A stretch of DNA of 64,000 nucleotides from NCBI GenBank assembly GCA_000708835.1, contig DF237058.1, forward strand, positions 62,001 through 126,000. The letters run 5' to 3'. Below the pieces are notes generated by a model. That model ran no database searches and was not told the DNA's origin. It saw only the letters and a list, made by a program, of their open reading frames with translations. The translations under genes were made by a program, and so were the position numbers. This document shows positions 48,689 to 62,007 of the stretch, piece after piece. The stretch is from Klebsormidium nitens. Taxonomy: Eukaryota; Plantae; Klebsormidiophyceae. Each line of letters begins with the position of its first letter. Positions within the stretch are counted from its first letter, which is position 1.

Positions 48689-51600
48689 ATGGAGGGCGCA
48701 GCCCAGAAGAGTGGGGCCTTCTCAGCTCTGGATGAAACGCAATTCTATGAGGTGGGTGAAAAATAGGTTGTGAGGACCAGCTGAGTGATTTCAGGATCTC
48801 TTTCCTGTGTGTCTGTAATTGATGCCTTCGTCAATGCGTGCACCAAGATGATTACAAACAATCTTAGAATCTGGTTTCGCTAGCAAGGGGTTGAAATGCG
48901 CAATCGCGCATCCGCTCCTAGAGTTGTCATTTCATTAATTCAAAATGAGCTACTTTTTGGTACTTTTATATAACACAGCAAAACCTACTGCAAAACCTGA
49001 CAGCTTTGGCCCAAGTTCTTGCAGTCGAACGATCGGAACAGCGAATCAACGATGACATCATACGGGGGCCCCCTTGGCGCCAGCGAAGCCAGCGTCACAC
49101 CACGAGCAGCACCAGCATCTGATTTGACCACCAGCACATCGGGGGTACGTCTTGCGGTGCAGCTCTGATTTTCAAGGCCTTGATCACCTGAGGTTTGAAT
49201 AGAAATGTTCTCGGTAAGTTGTGAAGCCATGGGGTTGGCCAGCCAATGGTGGTGCGCTTAGGGTTTTGCTGCAGGAATTGGGGAACAAACGCTGATTTCC
49301 CAGTCTTCAAGAAAGGGCGACAAGTGAGATGGTTGCTTCTGTGGGGGACTCCCTTGAGTGGTGGCTCAGAATTGAATGAGAGGAGAGTGAAGAGTGTGCA
49401 GTGGCGCCATAGTTCTGGCACGAACTTTCCCCTATCTAGCTCCGCTTTGGATTGTGATAGGTCAGGAGTTCGCTTCCGGGTTACTTTATCTGCAGCCCGA
49501 ATCTTCATTTTCTGACACTTCGAAACTGGCATCTTGCCGCAATAACTTGATCCTGGTGGCAGTTGCTTGTGCGTCTAACCTCTACTTGAAATACCTTCAA
49601 CAATCAAGAGCTTAAAAATGCTGATCCACACATTTCTTTAAAGAAAGAGGGATGTTTTCATTTAGTTCTGGAGACCAAGGTTCTTGCTGTGCAGCGAGTG
49701 GAAGGCACCAAGCCCTCTGGTGGCAGCAGCCAGAGCGCCGCACTCCTGGAGATCACTGTGTCGGACCCAGTCAAGCAGGGAGATGGAGTGCAAGCATACG
49801 TCTCCTACCGTGTCAGCACAAAGGTGGGAACGTTTGTGCAATCAACCAGATTATGGTCTCATGGTGGTATTGCAAAGCCCTACAGAGCTCGCCGAAAGAA
49901 ACCAACCAGTGCCCGCCGTGTGTAATGTTGTCTTTGCAAGCAGTAGACCTTTGTCCAAAAGCTTTGGCACAGATCGGTTGTCGTTCTCATCCCGAATGCA
50001 ACACGAAGGAGCTCTTCGTTCGTTCGTTTTGTTGCTGCTCTCTTTAGGTGCATCGATACTCCCTGGTGGTTCCATGTTCTCCTCCACATCTCGTCGTCAC
50101 ATTTACGACTGTCGAAACACACGAATGTTTCAGTCAGGACGCCCAGAAATCAGTCCACACCGATGTAATTACTAGCAGACTGTAAACCTCCTTATTCGAA
50201 TGGTTCTCACCCGAAGCTTCTACGGACACCTCAAACCCATTCGATTCACCTGTTGTAATTGCAGACCAGCCTCCCTCAGTACCGCTTTCCCCAATTCTCG
50301 GTCATTCGCCGCTTCAGTGACTTCATCTGGCTGCACGACCGCTTGGCCGAGAAGAACTATGGCACCATCATTCCCCCACTCCCAGAGAAGAACGCCATGG
50401 GTAAGCAATAGCGCTCCCTTTACTTCCTCTTTTCTCACTTCTTTAAGACTTTTTTTAGGGGAAGGCATTTTGATGGTCGACACAATGATAGTTGTCGGTG
50501 GGTGGAATACTCTTGGCGAGGAAGTTGAATGGTGTTAGCAGCAATGGGTCCGATAGAAACGCACTAGTAGTAGGTACCTTAAGGGCGCCCTAGGTCGCTG
50601 ACTGACTTTGCGTTGAGGCTTTCCAAAGCTTTCGCCTGACGAAGTTGGCCATAAAAGACATGGACATTTTCGAATTGGGGGTTCCCCGCCCCCAATGATT
50701 CGTCTCACTGACTTGACACCCAACTGAAATGGAAGACGATTGAGGAAGCGCTGCTTGATACATCCCCAATCGAAGAAACATCTTCCACTGTACGACGCCT
50801 CAGCGATCCCCAGTAAGTCCCGATAACTGTGGAAGCAATTTTGAAATTGCTATTAATCGCAATACGTTTCTTCTTTCCGGTGCAGAAAAGTTCCGGTTCA
50901 GCGCTGACTTCATCGAGCAGCGGCGGCGCGCTTTGGACGTGTTCATCAACCGGGTGGCAGCCCATCAGATGTTGCGCCACAGCAGCGACCTGCAACTCTT
51001 CCTGGAAGCGAATGAAGACGTCTGGGTAAGCTTCATTGGTTGGACGGCAAGACTTCTGCTTTTCTTCCTTTTTTATTTTGAGGGTTTCCGTTCAAACAAG
51101 AGAGATGGTTTGCAGCTCTTTCTTCGTTGCGAAGAACGAACGAAGACGTCTGGGTAAGCGCTGGTCGTCCGATTGCAATGCTTCGCTTTTCCTTCGATAA
51201 GGGTCATTCGTCCCTGAGGGTGCAGAAATATCTGGTGAAATCTTAGCGTTTGCATCAGACAAGAGGAGTACTTTGCAGCTATCCTGGAAGCGAACGAGGA
51301 CTCTAGTGGGTGTTTGGGCACTTATCCTCCTGTCTTCGACCTCTCTCGGGGTGCCCTCGATATATTGTTGCCTTGTTGCTTTGACAGCGGATGATATCGC
51401 TTGACTAGATGCTCGGCATTTCTTGGGAAGCTCGGGTTTGTTGTTTAGTCCTCATTGAAGGTTGTGAGTTACAAAGTTCGAGCGACTTTGCCTCTGGACG
51501 AACCTCTCTCTTCTGTGCACTGCCTTTTTGTCAAGCTTTTTCACACTTCATTCTCCTGAGGGAAGAGGGGGTGTCTCCGTACCCGTTTTTGCCGACTTTG

Positions 51601-54600
51601 TCGAGAGCCCGTTTTCTTCGTGGCGCCTTTTTTTTCCTGAAGTTCAGTCTCTGACGCTTGCACTTCTGCCGCAGGCTGTGGAGACCTCGCGAACTGCCAC
51701 AGAAACGACGAGCATGCTCAAGAAGAAGCCGCGGGACTTTCTGAACATGTTCAAGGTCAGTGGCAAACGATTCGCGGGAACCGACGCACTAACAGGACTC
51801 TTGCGAGCGTGTCATGATTTTGCATTTGCCATTTCGATCAGCGATGCTTACTTAATGCAGTTTCTGGTTGTCGTTCGCACGCATTGCTCATAAGACTTTG
51901 CAATAAACAGAAGGCAATTTGCCACACTCTGAGGTTTGGTAACAATTCTGAAAATTCTTCAAGGAGATTCAAAAACCTAAGAGGAAAATGATTTGGATCG
52001 TAACGACGTGAGAAACGTAACGCACTTTACTCTGAATTTGTTCGCCCGTAAGCTTTGATTGGTTAGAGTGTCCACAACATGGAGTATCGGCTAACTTTCA
52101 TAACAAGGACAAAACTGCGTTCGCCGACAAACCGAACGTGCTTGCACTCATCAGCATAATTTGACGTTTTGAACACTTCTCTTGACCCACTGGTCTCAAC
52201 CAGAGCAGCGTGACCAACCGAACGTGCGTCGTAAAAGCGACTTTACCTTGTTCACACTGAGCTTTTCTAGATGTCCTCTTTCTTACATCAGTCTATTCGC
52301 TTCATGGGCGCAGAACGTGCTTCTCAAACCAGACGTGCGTCAGAAGACACATGCTAGCCTGTTTCTTACCAAGATCTGTTTCTTCTTTCTGTAAGCGCAG
52401 AACGTGCAGAGCAGCGCGAGGTCCAGGCGTTTATCGGAAATTCATCTTCAGACCATCTCGAATTAAGCTCTCTCGGTCATGAATCTTACACCAATCTATC
52501 TCCTCTGCGAGCGCAGAGCGTGCAGAGCAGCGTGACGAACGTGGTGCTCGGAAAGGAGGCCCCCGAGGTGGTGAAGGACGAGGAGTACGAGAGCCTCAAG
52601 CAGTACGTGCTCGCGCTGGAGGGACACCTGGCAGAGGCGCGCAAGCAGAGCGAACGGCTGGTGCGCAGGCACAAAGGTGGGTGTGAGGTGTCAAGAACTT
52701 GAACGTCGGAGTTTCGGGGCTCAAGCTCCTAGAATTTACGTTCAACTTATGAAGGAGTGAGAGTGCCCAACGCAGTCAGGGGCTCGTGATAAGGGACACC
52801 TGGCGGAGGCGCGCAAGTAGAGCGAACGGCTGGTCCGCAGGCACAAAGGTGGGTTCGGGGTTTCTGAACTTCACAATGCGGAATTGCAAGGTTTCAATCT
52901 GCCTGCCGCTGACTTTTCGAATAGTTAAGAGAGCCTGAAGCAGTCAAGGGCTTGCGTATGGGATGGTTGGAGGATGCACGCAAGCTGAGCGAACGACTGG
53001 TCCGCAGGACAAAGGAGGGTCTTAGGTTTAGGATTCCAGCACGCAAATCAATGCTAGCCTCGGCGCTACGTGCTCTCGCTGGAGGGTTCTCTGAAAGGAA
53101 GGCGCGCAACTAGAGCAAGCCGCTTGTGCGCAGGCGTAACGGTGGGTCCGACGGGTTCAGGGTTCACTTTTCTAATCACTCGTAAGCGACGAGGAGGCTC
53201 GCGAAGTAAGTCGTGCAGTTGAGCGAATGATTCGGGTAAACGAAACGGTGGGATTACTAGGATCGAGTTTCAGCACGACCAGCGAGTAAGGCAGCAAGAT
53301 GCTCGCTTTCTTTGAATCCTACGCTTGTCGTCTGCAGGGAATTCTGGATTTCGCTACGAGACGAACCTTTGCCTTTCTGTACATGAGCATGAGCCAAGAC
53401 CTCGGGATTCAGCGTTGCGAAAGTCATGGCTGGTTTCTAAACGAGCCTTTCTGTCGACAGGCTTTCAACTCGGCCAGCGTGATTACTTCCAGTCTTGGGA
53501 ATCCGCTACCCAAACCCACTTTGTTACGCATCCCTGCAGAGCTGGCTACGGCATTGGGCGACTTTGGCGAGGCGGTGATCCACTTGGGCAGCTGCGAGGG
53601 GGGCCGGCTGGGGGCGGCATTTACGGAACTTGGGAACCGGTCGGACGTGCTGTCGACAAAGTCAGAAAAGCAGGTGAGGAGCGCGCCACAAATCCTGCGA
53701 GTCGGTTTTCTGTTGATGCCAGTGAGTCGTTGAACATATACTGACGTCAGTGCATAGATTTTTGATGCAACTAAGGGTGTTGAGACACAAGCGATTGGCG
53801 GGCGCCGGAATGGCAAGCCGCAGCCGGGAAGGTCAAGTAGTTATCTCATCGTCACCAAGATAAGTCGTCTTGTGTTCCGCCAGCATTGAACCTGCTCGCT
53901 CTTCTTCTTCCCCACGAGCTGACGTTTGGGCTTTAGATGCGCTTTTCTGTGCTTCTCGAAAAAGTGATTGTCCTGCGAGGGACGAATTCTCGTAAACTCA
54001 AAAACTTCGTGCCACAATCAAAATCGCTCCATTCAACAACTCAAACGCACCGCTCTTTTGCCACTCTCAGGCAGCCGATCTGACGTTGAGTTTCGAACAA
54101 CCACTGCGGGAATACGTTCGGATGGTGCACTCGATCAAGGTGGGCTACTTTGTGCGGTTGCTCCTACTTTCATCTGACTGCTCTGACGGCGGGTGCTGAT
54201 CCTTCACCATTTACTTCGCTGGCTCAAACACCTCAAGTGTACCTGAAACCTACTTTGCTGGCATCCAATAGCCAACTCAAGCTTACTTAAGAGATTATCT
54301 GCCATTTCGTCCGGAGAATCAACAAAAGTTGGGAAGTGCGTGGCTTTTGCCAAATGAACGCGGCGGGGCATGTTTACGTGGGGGCACGCCTTTCACCGTC
54401 TTCCTCATGAGGCTGTTCCAAATGCGGAAAACTTACGGACGTGGTTGCGGGTGCTCAAGTTGTTGACAGATGTCGACTGTGCTTTTGCAGCACGTGATGG
54501 CGGATCGAGCGCAGGCCCTCCAGTCGCACCAAAGCTTGCTGGCGGAGCTAGAGGCCAAGAAGCAAAAGCTGTGAGTCTCTCGCTGTCGCTTGGTTTGCTA

Positions 54601-56315
54601 CAATTAATAGCAGATGGTTGAGAGCTTGTTGTAAAAGAGCCCGTGTTGCCAAGCGTGCTCTTCTCTATGGCGGCTGTCTCGACTTTTGTTGAAAGCTTAA
54701 TTGCTTGGGCAGTGATCCCTTTTGACACGAGCTCTTTTCTGGTCCTGGATTCTGGTGACGCCACAAGCAACTGACTGAGTAGCATGGTCGTCAGAGAAGC
54801 CTGCCCTTCAAAGCCTCCGAGACAGTCCTGTGCGAGTCAAGTTGTGAACAGCGCCTCTCTGTAATTCAAGCTGAATTTGGCGTGTGCAAGGTTCGGTTGG
54901 CGGAGGACGACTCTGCGGTGCTTGCAACTCGTAATCGGCAGAGCTAACGAAGCACGACGTGGCAGACCTGCGTACGAACATGTGCGACTCATTGGGTCCC
55001 GACGTAAAATTGATCAAGTCTCGCTATGACTGCTGGAAGCAGACTGCCTCGTTCTGCCCGCGAACTTTTTTCGATAGAACAAGAAGCATGAGCAACATAC
55101 AGGGGAAGAAGTAATATTTACTGGATATCTTCGGTTTTTCTATGGGTGTGTGGGTTTGTTGCTGTGGTCAAAATTTGGCTCTTTTATAAAACTCAGTCGT
55201 TCGATCAGCGTTTATAAGTGAAACATTCACCACAAAAGAAGTTAGACAGGTCCTTTCGGGTCCTCTCGTGCAGCGCTCGCGTTCGGTCTGCGCAGCCGGC
55301 CGCGCCTGCGACCAAGCTTGCGGAAGTTGAGCGGGAGATCCAAGAGGTATGCTTTCGGGTTGCTGGAAAGGCTACCTCTTGAGTTCCCGAAGTCCATACC
55401 GAATGCGTCTTTTGATCACGTTGTCAAACAGTCGACCAGGCACGTTCTTCTTCTGGCAAGTGCTGCCTTCAGGAAGAGCGTTCAAAGTTGTTGCTCAAAG
55501 CACCAATACAAGTTGCCGCCGGAAGAAGTTTGACTGCGGACCCGGCTTTTCGCGATGTACGAAAGTAAGTTCGGTTTCGAAGTCCGGTTTTCCTACTGAG
55601 CCACAAGGACAGCAGGCGCAATTCCAACGGCCCTTCTCGCGCGTTGGCAGGTCAGAGTCCATGAACTTGACAACTCACGTCTGCCGCAAACACCTCTAAG
55701 AAGACGGTAGTGATGTAAATGTCGCTCTTGTTGAAAACAGGGGGAGCGGAAAGCGGATGTTGCGAAGGAGAAGTACAACCTGATTGTCGAGCGGATGCGA
55801 GGGGAGATGGCGCGGTTCCAAGAGGAGAAGACGCGAGATCTGGGCCAAGTCATGCGAGACTTTGCGGCCAGCCAGGTGAGGCGGATGCGTTCTCGAGATT
55901 TTCGAGGGCGGCTCGCGAAGCCTGAATAGCGGCCCGACGTACCAGCGTCAACAATTGATTGTTGTATGAGACGTGTGGTGCATCTCGCAGAGACTTTTTA
56001 AGACGAACCCTTTGCTGTCACTGTTTGCAATAAGGATCTAGACGGCGTACGAAATTGCTCGAGTTGCAAAATGTGGACGCGCCGTTCGCTTGTTCTGGGT
56101 CAAACGGAAGGTCTTCAACCAGAGACTTGCCTAAGTGATCATCGCTCATCCTATGAGGAATTGGAGCTTTCCAAGAATTCTTTTAAACCAGACTCGTGTT
56201 ATTTCTACAGGCGCGTCTTGCAAACGACACGGCGGACGTATGGCGAACGTTACTTCCAGTCATCGACGCCGCAAAGCCTGCTGTTGCTACCAACGCGGGG
56301 GCAGCAGCCAGCTAG
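48689..56315 (+). CDS. SNX1: Sorting nexin 1 (PX + BAR; Vps5-like); first exon 48689-48751 tentative, then about 49694-49822, 50264-50399, 50886-51025, 51675-51755, 52517-52676, 53538-53671, 54072-54140, 54492-54570, 55272-55346, 55741-55875, 56211-56315
   Basis: PX domain [75 protein letters not shown]; BAR region [39 protein letters not shown]; C-terminus [16 protein letters not shown]. Confidence 0.94.
50990..51312 (+). repeat. Degenerate tandem copies of the 3' end and donor site of the SNX1 exon ending at 51025
   Basis: Original ctgcaactcttcctggaagcgaatgaagacgtctgg|gtaagc; copies at about 51110-51159 (..gaagacgtctgggtaagc) and about 51273-51312. Confidence 0.85.
52130..53150 (+). repeat. 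Degenerate copies of both ends of SNX1 exon 52517-52676 in its flanking introns
   Basis: Acceptor-side copies (gcgcagaacgtgcagagcagc at 52395-52419; partial at about 52200 and 52308). Donor-side copies (ggacacctggcggaggcgcgcaagtagagcgaacggctggtccgcaggcacaaaggtggg at about 52794-52855; weaker at about 52968-53015 and 53098-53150). Confidence 0.85.
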
Positions 56316-57835
56316 CAGGATCGACTCCTGTTGGCTCGCATCGACTCTGGCAACGTGCGGAATACCCTCATTCAGCGCAGGCCCGATTCTGGAACATTCA
56401 ACAAATATGTAACATTGAAGCAATTGCTATGGCTTTGCTGGCCCACAAAACGTCACCGTTTGCACTTTCAAAAACGGGTATTGCATGGAGGCCGAAGAGC
56501 GCACATGTGTACAATGATCGCCTCGGCCGCTGGTGTTGAGTAGTGCCGCATCCACGTGTTCGGAAACTTGAGTGCCGCTGACGCCATCTATTTGACGCGC
56601 CCCATTGTAGGCATGGCAATGGTGGTTGGCACTTGGAAGGATGCGATTTAATATGAGGATGCGTCACGCATGCCCGTTAGAGCCTTGTGCTGAACGGCTG
56701 GTGCATGCAGCATGTTCTTAGACTGACGTACAATAGGTGCATCCCGGGCAGATATCATAATGGACCATGCATGATCAAACTCGAGGTGACCATGAGTCAC
56801 GCTCATAAAATACTTCGATCGCCTGTAGTTTTAACTCGAGACATGAGACTAGCTATGATACACTCAAGCAGGCAACATCGGCATGCCAGGCCCGGGCGGC
56901 GGCGCCCCCATCCATCCATCTGAACATACCCCATATATCAGTACCTATCTGTTGTGCACGTCTGCGTTGAATGCATATATCATAGACTGCATCATCCTAC
57001 ACAACGTTCGCGGCCCGACGGCGGCCTGATGTTCCTTTAAGTTCCAACACTCGCCGGCCAACCGACGTACACCGTCAGTAGTTTCAATGCCGTTAATTCA
57101 TCCAGGACAGCTTGGAATGATACATTCGCATGTGATACTTTCTTACTTTCGTACGACTCGACCTGATCATGCTTTTTGCAAGATTTCACGGTCCCGGCGT
57201 CTGATGCATGCACTGGATATCTGAAAGCAAGTTCGGTTGCATCACACTTTCAGCTCCGCTTCTGCCTGTCATAGTCAGGCGACAGGAGCGATATCCGAGG
57301 GATTTTGGTTCTATGCTTCCTATTCCACCAGATGAATATTTCTCAATCAGCTGACAACTCTGGACAAAGAGTCTGAGTTGAAAGATGTATCCAGCGAAAT
57401 TTGCACCTCTCGGCAAGTACAGTGGGAGGTCTTTATATCGGCTGCCGGGACGTCAGAGCTTCGAAGTGTTCGCTGAAACTTTCCTCCAGTTTACGGATTT
57501 CAGCGTAAAGACGCTTGTCCACAACTTGCACAATCAACGTCGAAACCACAGGGAACACTTCTGCAGCGAACAGAACAAAGAATGGTTGATTCAGAAGGCA
57601 TTACTTGAATTGACGTCTCCCCTTGCGAAGAAGTCGCCACACTCAGAAGACACCAAGACGCCGGCTTCCATTAGCAGAATGAATAGCCCCTTTGCGACTC
57701 AGGAAAAGTCCAGTAACTGCACACCGCACTGAATGTCGCTTTTTCCAAAAAACCGATCTCTGTGTGAGGATTCAGGAAGTACAGTCACTAACATTGGCGG
57801 AATGGGGGGAACGATCCTTTGCCCCATGCCCAAGC

Positions 57836-58494
57836 TCAACCGGAACCAAAGTTCCAACTATGACCATTGCCAATATAGCCTGTGGTTCAATCAAGATTCA
57901 GATGTAGGAACCTGTCAAGTTAGAGCAGATGGAGCCACAAATTTGTTGTTTGCAGGTTGCATTCAGCCAAGCTCAACGAAAGGCTTTTGCTGCTCGAAAA
58001 GTCGACCACCTTACCGGCCAGCGGTAGTTTCCACGCACTTTCATCCACCTCGTCATACACGCCGTTATGCAGGCCGGTTACGGTCATGGCACACAATTCA
58101 TCCTCGTCAAAGTAGGTCTGAGCTCTCCTGCACGTGTCACCTGAAGAACCCAAAAAGTGCTCAGTCCTGGATACCATTCACTGCTGGAGCTCTGTGCTTT
58201 TGAAATTCTTGTGACGCTTGCAGCAGCCAAGCTCACGATTGAAAAGTACGATTCTTCAACATAGCATCATTGCAGCCTGCATGTCAGCACGGGCACAAAC
58301 ATGGAAGGCCGAGTAGAAGAGGAGGGACAACTTGAAAACAAGAGCAGCCACATACCCAGAACGTCCCTCAACATCGTGTCAGCTGTATACCCCTTGCGCG
58401 GGTGGAGGACGACTTCTTGCGGACCTTGGCCTTTCTTGACCAATTTCACTCGCACTTCTGGCCACACCATTTCCGTGTCCGCAGTCGTGGCCAT
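57836..58494 (-). CDS. Possible small spliced hypothetical protein (about 100 aa)
   Basis: Protein-like segments MATTADTEMVWPEVRVKLVKKGQGPQEVVLHPRKGYTADTMLRDVL (GTATG donor at 58355) and QTYFDEDELCAMTVTGLHNGVYDEVDESAWKLPLAG (GTAAG donor). Joining them in phase needs a weak acceptor, and I recognise no homology. Confidence 0.25.
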
Positions 58495-59046
58495 GGTCTT
58501 GGAGGATTCCTGGTGAAGCCGCTGAACAAAGTTCCGAGAACGCTGATAAGGAGGATGCGCGCTGTCACTTTGGACACAGAAGACGGGAATGGAAAGTTAA
58601 CAACGTTCAGAACCAAGACAGAATGCTGAAAAGGAGCTCCTGAGGCTGAGATGCACAAACGCCTTTGTAAGTTTGTCGGTTTGTTTCTTTCGCCTGTTCC
58701 TGCGAAGAGCCTCCTCGTTCTACCGTAGATTCTACGTCGACTCCGCGGTAGTCTTCGAGTTCCTAAGTCGCTTGCTAGCGAGGTTCTAGGAAGGTTCGAA
58801 GCTGAGCCGCGCCGTCGGGCGGCGCCGCTTCGACTGGAGGCGGCCGCGAAGCCGCGCCCACTATACGGGCGTCACGACGCGCCGGCGGCGGCAAGCGTCA
58901 GAACCCTTTCCAAACCGCGCCCGCGTGTTCCTTTCGCGGCCGCGCAGCCGACGCGCGGCAATGACCGACCAACGCAGATGTTGAGCTGTGTTTGTTGAAG
59001 TTCGTGCTTCAGCTCCTTGGGCGCACTTCCGAGCGCCATCGCAGCC

Positions 59047-59802
59047 ATGGGCCTTGCAGACTGGTTAGCCGCAAGGCCGGGATCTGGCCCAGACAGCGTT
59101 TCCCCCGAACAGCTCCACAAATTAGGTGACTCTGTTCATGTGAAGGGAGCTTCTGCAGATGAAGCGCTGATAACGGAACAGCAGGTTGCAGAGGATGTGC
59201 CTGAGCCTTCGGTGGTTATCCCATGGATCTTGAACGAAGTAGTCACCTCCATCGATCGATCTGACTACTTCAAAGGGGAGGGCCACTTTGAGCTCCAAGC
59301 CGGGAGGCTGCTCAGTTGCTGGAAAGCGTATGGAGACCAGTTCCCAAGGGCACTGGCTGCAGAAGTGTGCATCTTCATGCAGAAGGGAGAGGAGGGTCAG
59401 CAGATTAATGACATGGTTTCCTATGGTGCGGCGTTCCTGCTCCAACTGTTTCTAAGCAAGAGGGCGGCCATTCACATCAAGATTGGCGAAGAGGAATTGT
59501 GGCCTTCCTTTCTGGACTGCTTAAGCCAGCATTTTGAAAGGTCTTGCAAAGAGTCGCCGAAGGAAGCAATTTTCATGCAAGCGAGAGTCCGACAAATGCT
59601 CGACAGAATGAAAGTCTTGATTTCCAACGATGGGTATATGAATCGCCTCGGTCACGGCTGCTCTGGCTGCGGGAAGAACGTGACGAAGGTACGGCGCCGC
59701 ATCGAAAAGCTGCTGCGTGACACCGAAGGAGTGGAAGAGGAAGCCAAACGAGAGGCTGGAAAGGTCTCTGCAAAACGCGCTCCTTGGGAAAAGGGAGGCT
59801 AG
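59047..59802 (+). CDS. Intronless orphan family 2, copy 1, intact (251 aa)
   Basis: Open ORF MGLADWLAAR..KRAPWEKGG*. It is clearly homologous to the copies at 61227 and 63861, and the stop position is conserved with copy 2. Confidence 0.75.
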   Translation: MGLADWLAARPGSGPDSVSPEQLHKLGDSVHVKGASADEALITEQQVAEDVPEPSVVIPWILNEVVTSIDRSDYFKGEGHFELQAGRLLSCWKAYGDQFPRALAAEVCIFMQKGEEGQQINDMVSYGAAFLLQLFLSKRAAIHIKIGEEELWPSFLDCLSQHFERSCKESPKEAIFMQARVRQMLDRMKVLISNDGYMNRLGHGCSGCGKNVTKVRRRIEKLLRDTEGVEEEAKREAGKVSAKRAPWEKGG

Positions 59803-61226
59803 GTGCATAAAAGGCGGCGGAATTGGCTGTAAAGGCGCTGCTTACTAACCTTGCAAAATTGTGGTCTCCCTGCTAGATATTGTGTGCAGATATGTATATA
59901 GACTCAGTATAAACAAGGAATGTCTTGCTAAGAAGTCATTAGGTACTCAGTTGAGTACGTAGAACTTGAGACCTCATGGTCGGATCACTCCATTTTGAAG
60001 TTTGCCCACAACTTATACAGGCCCGCCTTCGGGTACGATTCGTATTGTGAGCATTCATCAACGAACGGGCCCGAACCATGGTCTCCCAGTATTACTTGCC
60101 GGGAATAATGCATCCTTCACTGATTGCATGTGTGTGGCGAGTAGAAATACTGTGATGTCAAGTCGATTAAAGATAGCTCCTGCGCATCGATGAACTGAGA
60201 ACCTCAAGCCGCCCGGCGCGCGGGGCTGCCGCCGCACATGATGAGGATGGTTAGGATCTTTACCCTGAAGGTCAAAGATGTATGGCTTCAGCTATACCGC
60301 AATATGAAGGTGAGCCCAAGCGCAAAGCTCGCTGAATCAAACTTCCTGACGTGACTCAAGGAAGCTTATGAGAGTTACCCATATAAGCTTCAAATTCATG
60401 CTTCCTTCTTGCTCTGTACTCTCTCTAGATCTGATCTTAGGTTGTTTGAACACTCGTCTCTCGCCTCTGGCCACTGCTTGCTCTCCAGATACAACTTGAG
60501 CAGCTCCGCCTTGTACTATATACTGCTTGTCAAAAAGATTACTTCGTGCCGTCGAAGTAATAATCTGATCGACAGGAACGCCACCAGCATATGCATCTGC
60601 AGCTTACTCTTTTAATCTGCATATAATCTATGCGGGCAGCTTATTCAGCTACGATTGCAACCGAGATGTTCCAGATCAGCTTGATTACATGTTAGGAGAT
60701 GCAGCTTGATTTCTTTTCTACCGTGCCGCATATTCAATGACCCTACTAGCTAGTCACTCTGACCGTGAATGACGTGCAAATCTCACGAAGGCTTGGGCGG
60801 CTCCTTCTAACCAGCCTAATTTTCATTCTGGTAGACCAAAGTACGTATAGAAGAGTAGACCGAAGTACGTATATAGTTTACTCAATGGATCATTCATTAA
60901 ATGACTGACGAACGCTACAGGCATATCGGAATGATCTTTTGGAATCATCTCGAAATCATCTCTGAGGTGTTTCGTGGAACATCTCTTCGAAGCATCTCTC
61001 AGAACATCTCTACTGTGACATATGCATAGAGTTGCCTCTAGGGCCGCGGCCGCGCGACCCGAACGCCGCGATACCGCCTGTACATCTCAAAACCCTTTGG
61101 AAAGCGCGCCCGCGTGTATCTTGAGCGGCCGCGAAGTTTGACGGCAGATGTCAAGATGTGCTTGTTCAAAATGACACTCAGCAGAAGTCGACTTCTTCAC
61201 AGCGTTTGGGCGCACTTCTAAGCGCC

Positions 61227-62007
61227 ATGGGTCTCTGCGACTGGTTCGCCGCAAGGTTGGGGCCTGGCGCAGACAGCATCTCTCCTGACCAGCTACAAAA
61301 GCCTGACTCCAAACATGTAAAAGCAACCTCTTTCGAAGTTGAAGCGATAATGACGGAGCAGCAGGCTGTGGCGGAAGTGCCTGAGCCTTCCATTGTCATT
61401 CCGTGGGTGCTAAACGAAATCGTCACCTCTAGCAATCAGTCTGAGTACTACATAGCAGAGGGCCACTTTGAGCTTCAAGCTGGGAGGCTGCTCAATTGCT
61501 GGAGAGAGTATGGAAACCAGTTCCCTAAGGAACTTGCCGCACAAGTGTGCTTGTTCATGCAAAAGGCAGAGGAGGGCCAGCAACTGACTGAAAGTATCCG
61601 CTGGCTTGCGGGGTTCCTGCTCCATATATTCACAAGCAAGAGGGCGGCAATTCACATCAAGATCAACTCTCAGGAACTGTGGCCGTTTTTCATGACCTGC
61701 TTGGGCCAGCATCTGCAGTCGGTTTGCAAAGAGTCGCCGGCGGAGGCGATTGTGGTGCAAGCGATCGAGGGTACGGCAGTTGCTGAAAATGATGAGATCA
61801 ACGATGTTCAACAATGCGTACATGAAGGCCCTCGGCCATGACAACGGAGCCGAAGGAAGCTGCTGGACTAGCCACGGGAGAAACTTGAAGAAACTGCTGC
61901 GCAGCATCGACAAGCTGCTGCGTGAGACCGCAGGGCTGGAGGTGGAAGCCAAACGGGGCGCTGGAAAGGCCTTGGCAAAGCGAGCTCCTTGGGAAAAGGG
62001 AGGCTAA
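61227..62007 (+). pseudogene. Orphan family 2, copy 2; 4-nt insertion (TCGA, about 61765-61768) frameshifts the C-terminal third
   Basis: ORF 61158-61841 aligns to copy 1 up to VQA. The aligned continuation RVRQLL..KRAPWEKGG* lies in ORF 61750-62007. Confidence 0.75.

Noticed and set aside
41496-53150. CRISPR-like interpretation of the repeat arrays (9-bp minisatellite, SNX1 intronic repeats)
   Set aside because: There is no constant repeat with unique spacers, the repeats derive from host exon sequence, the context is eukaryotic, and no cas genes are present.
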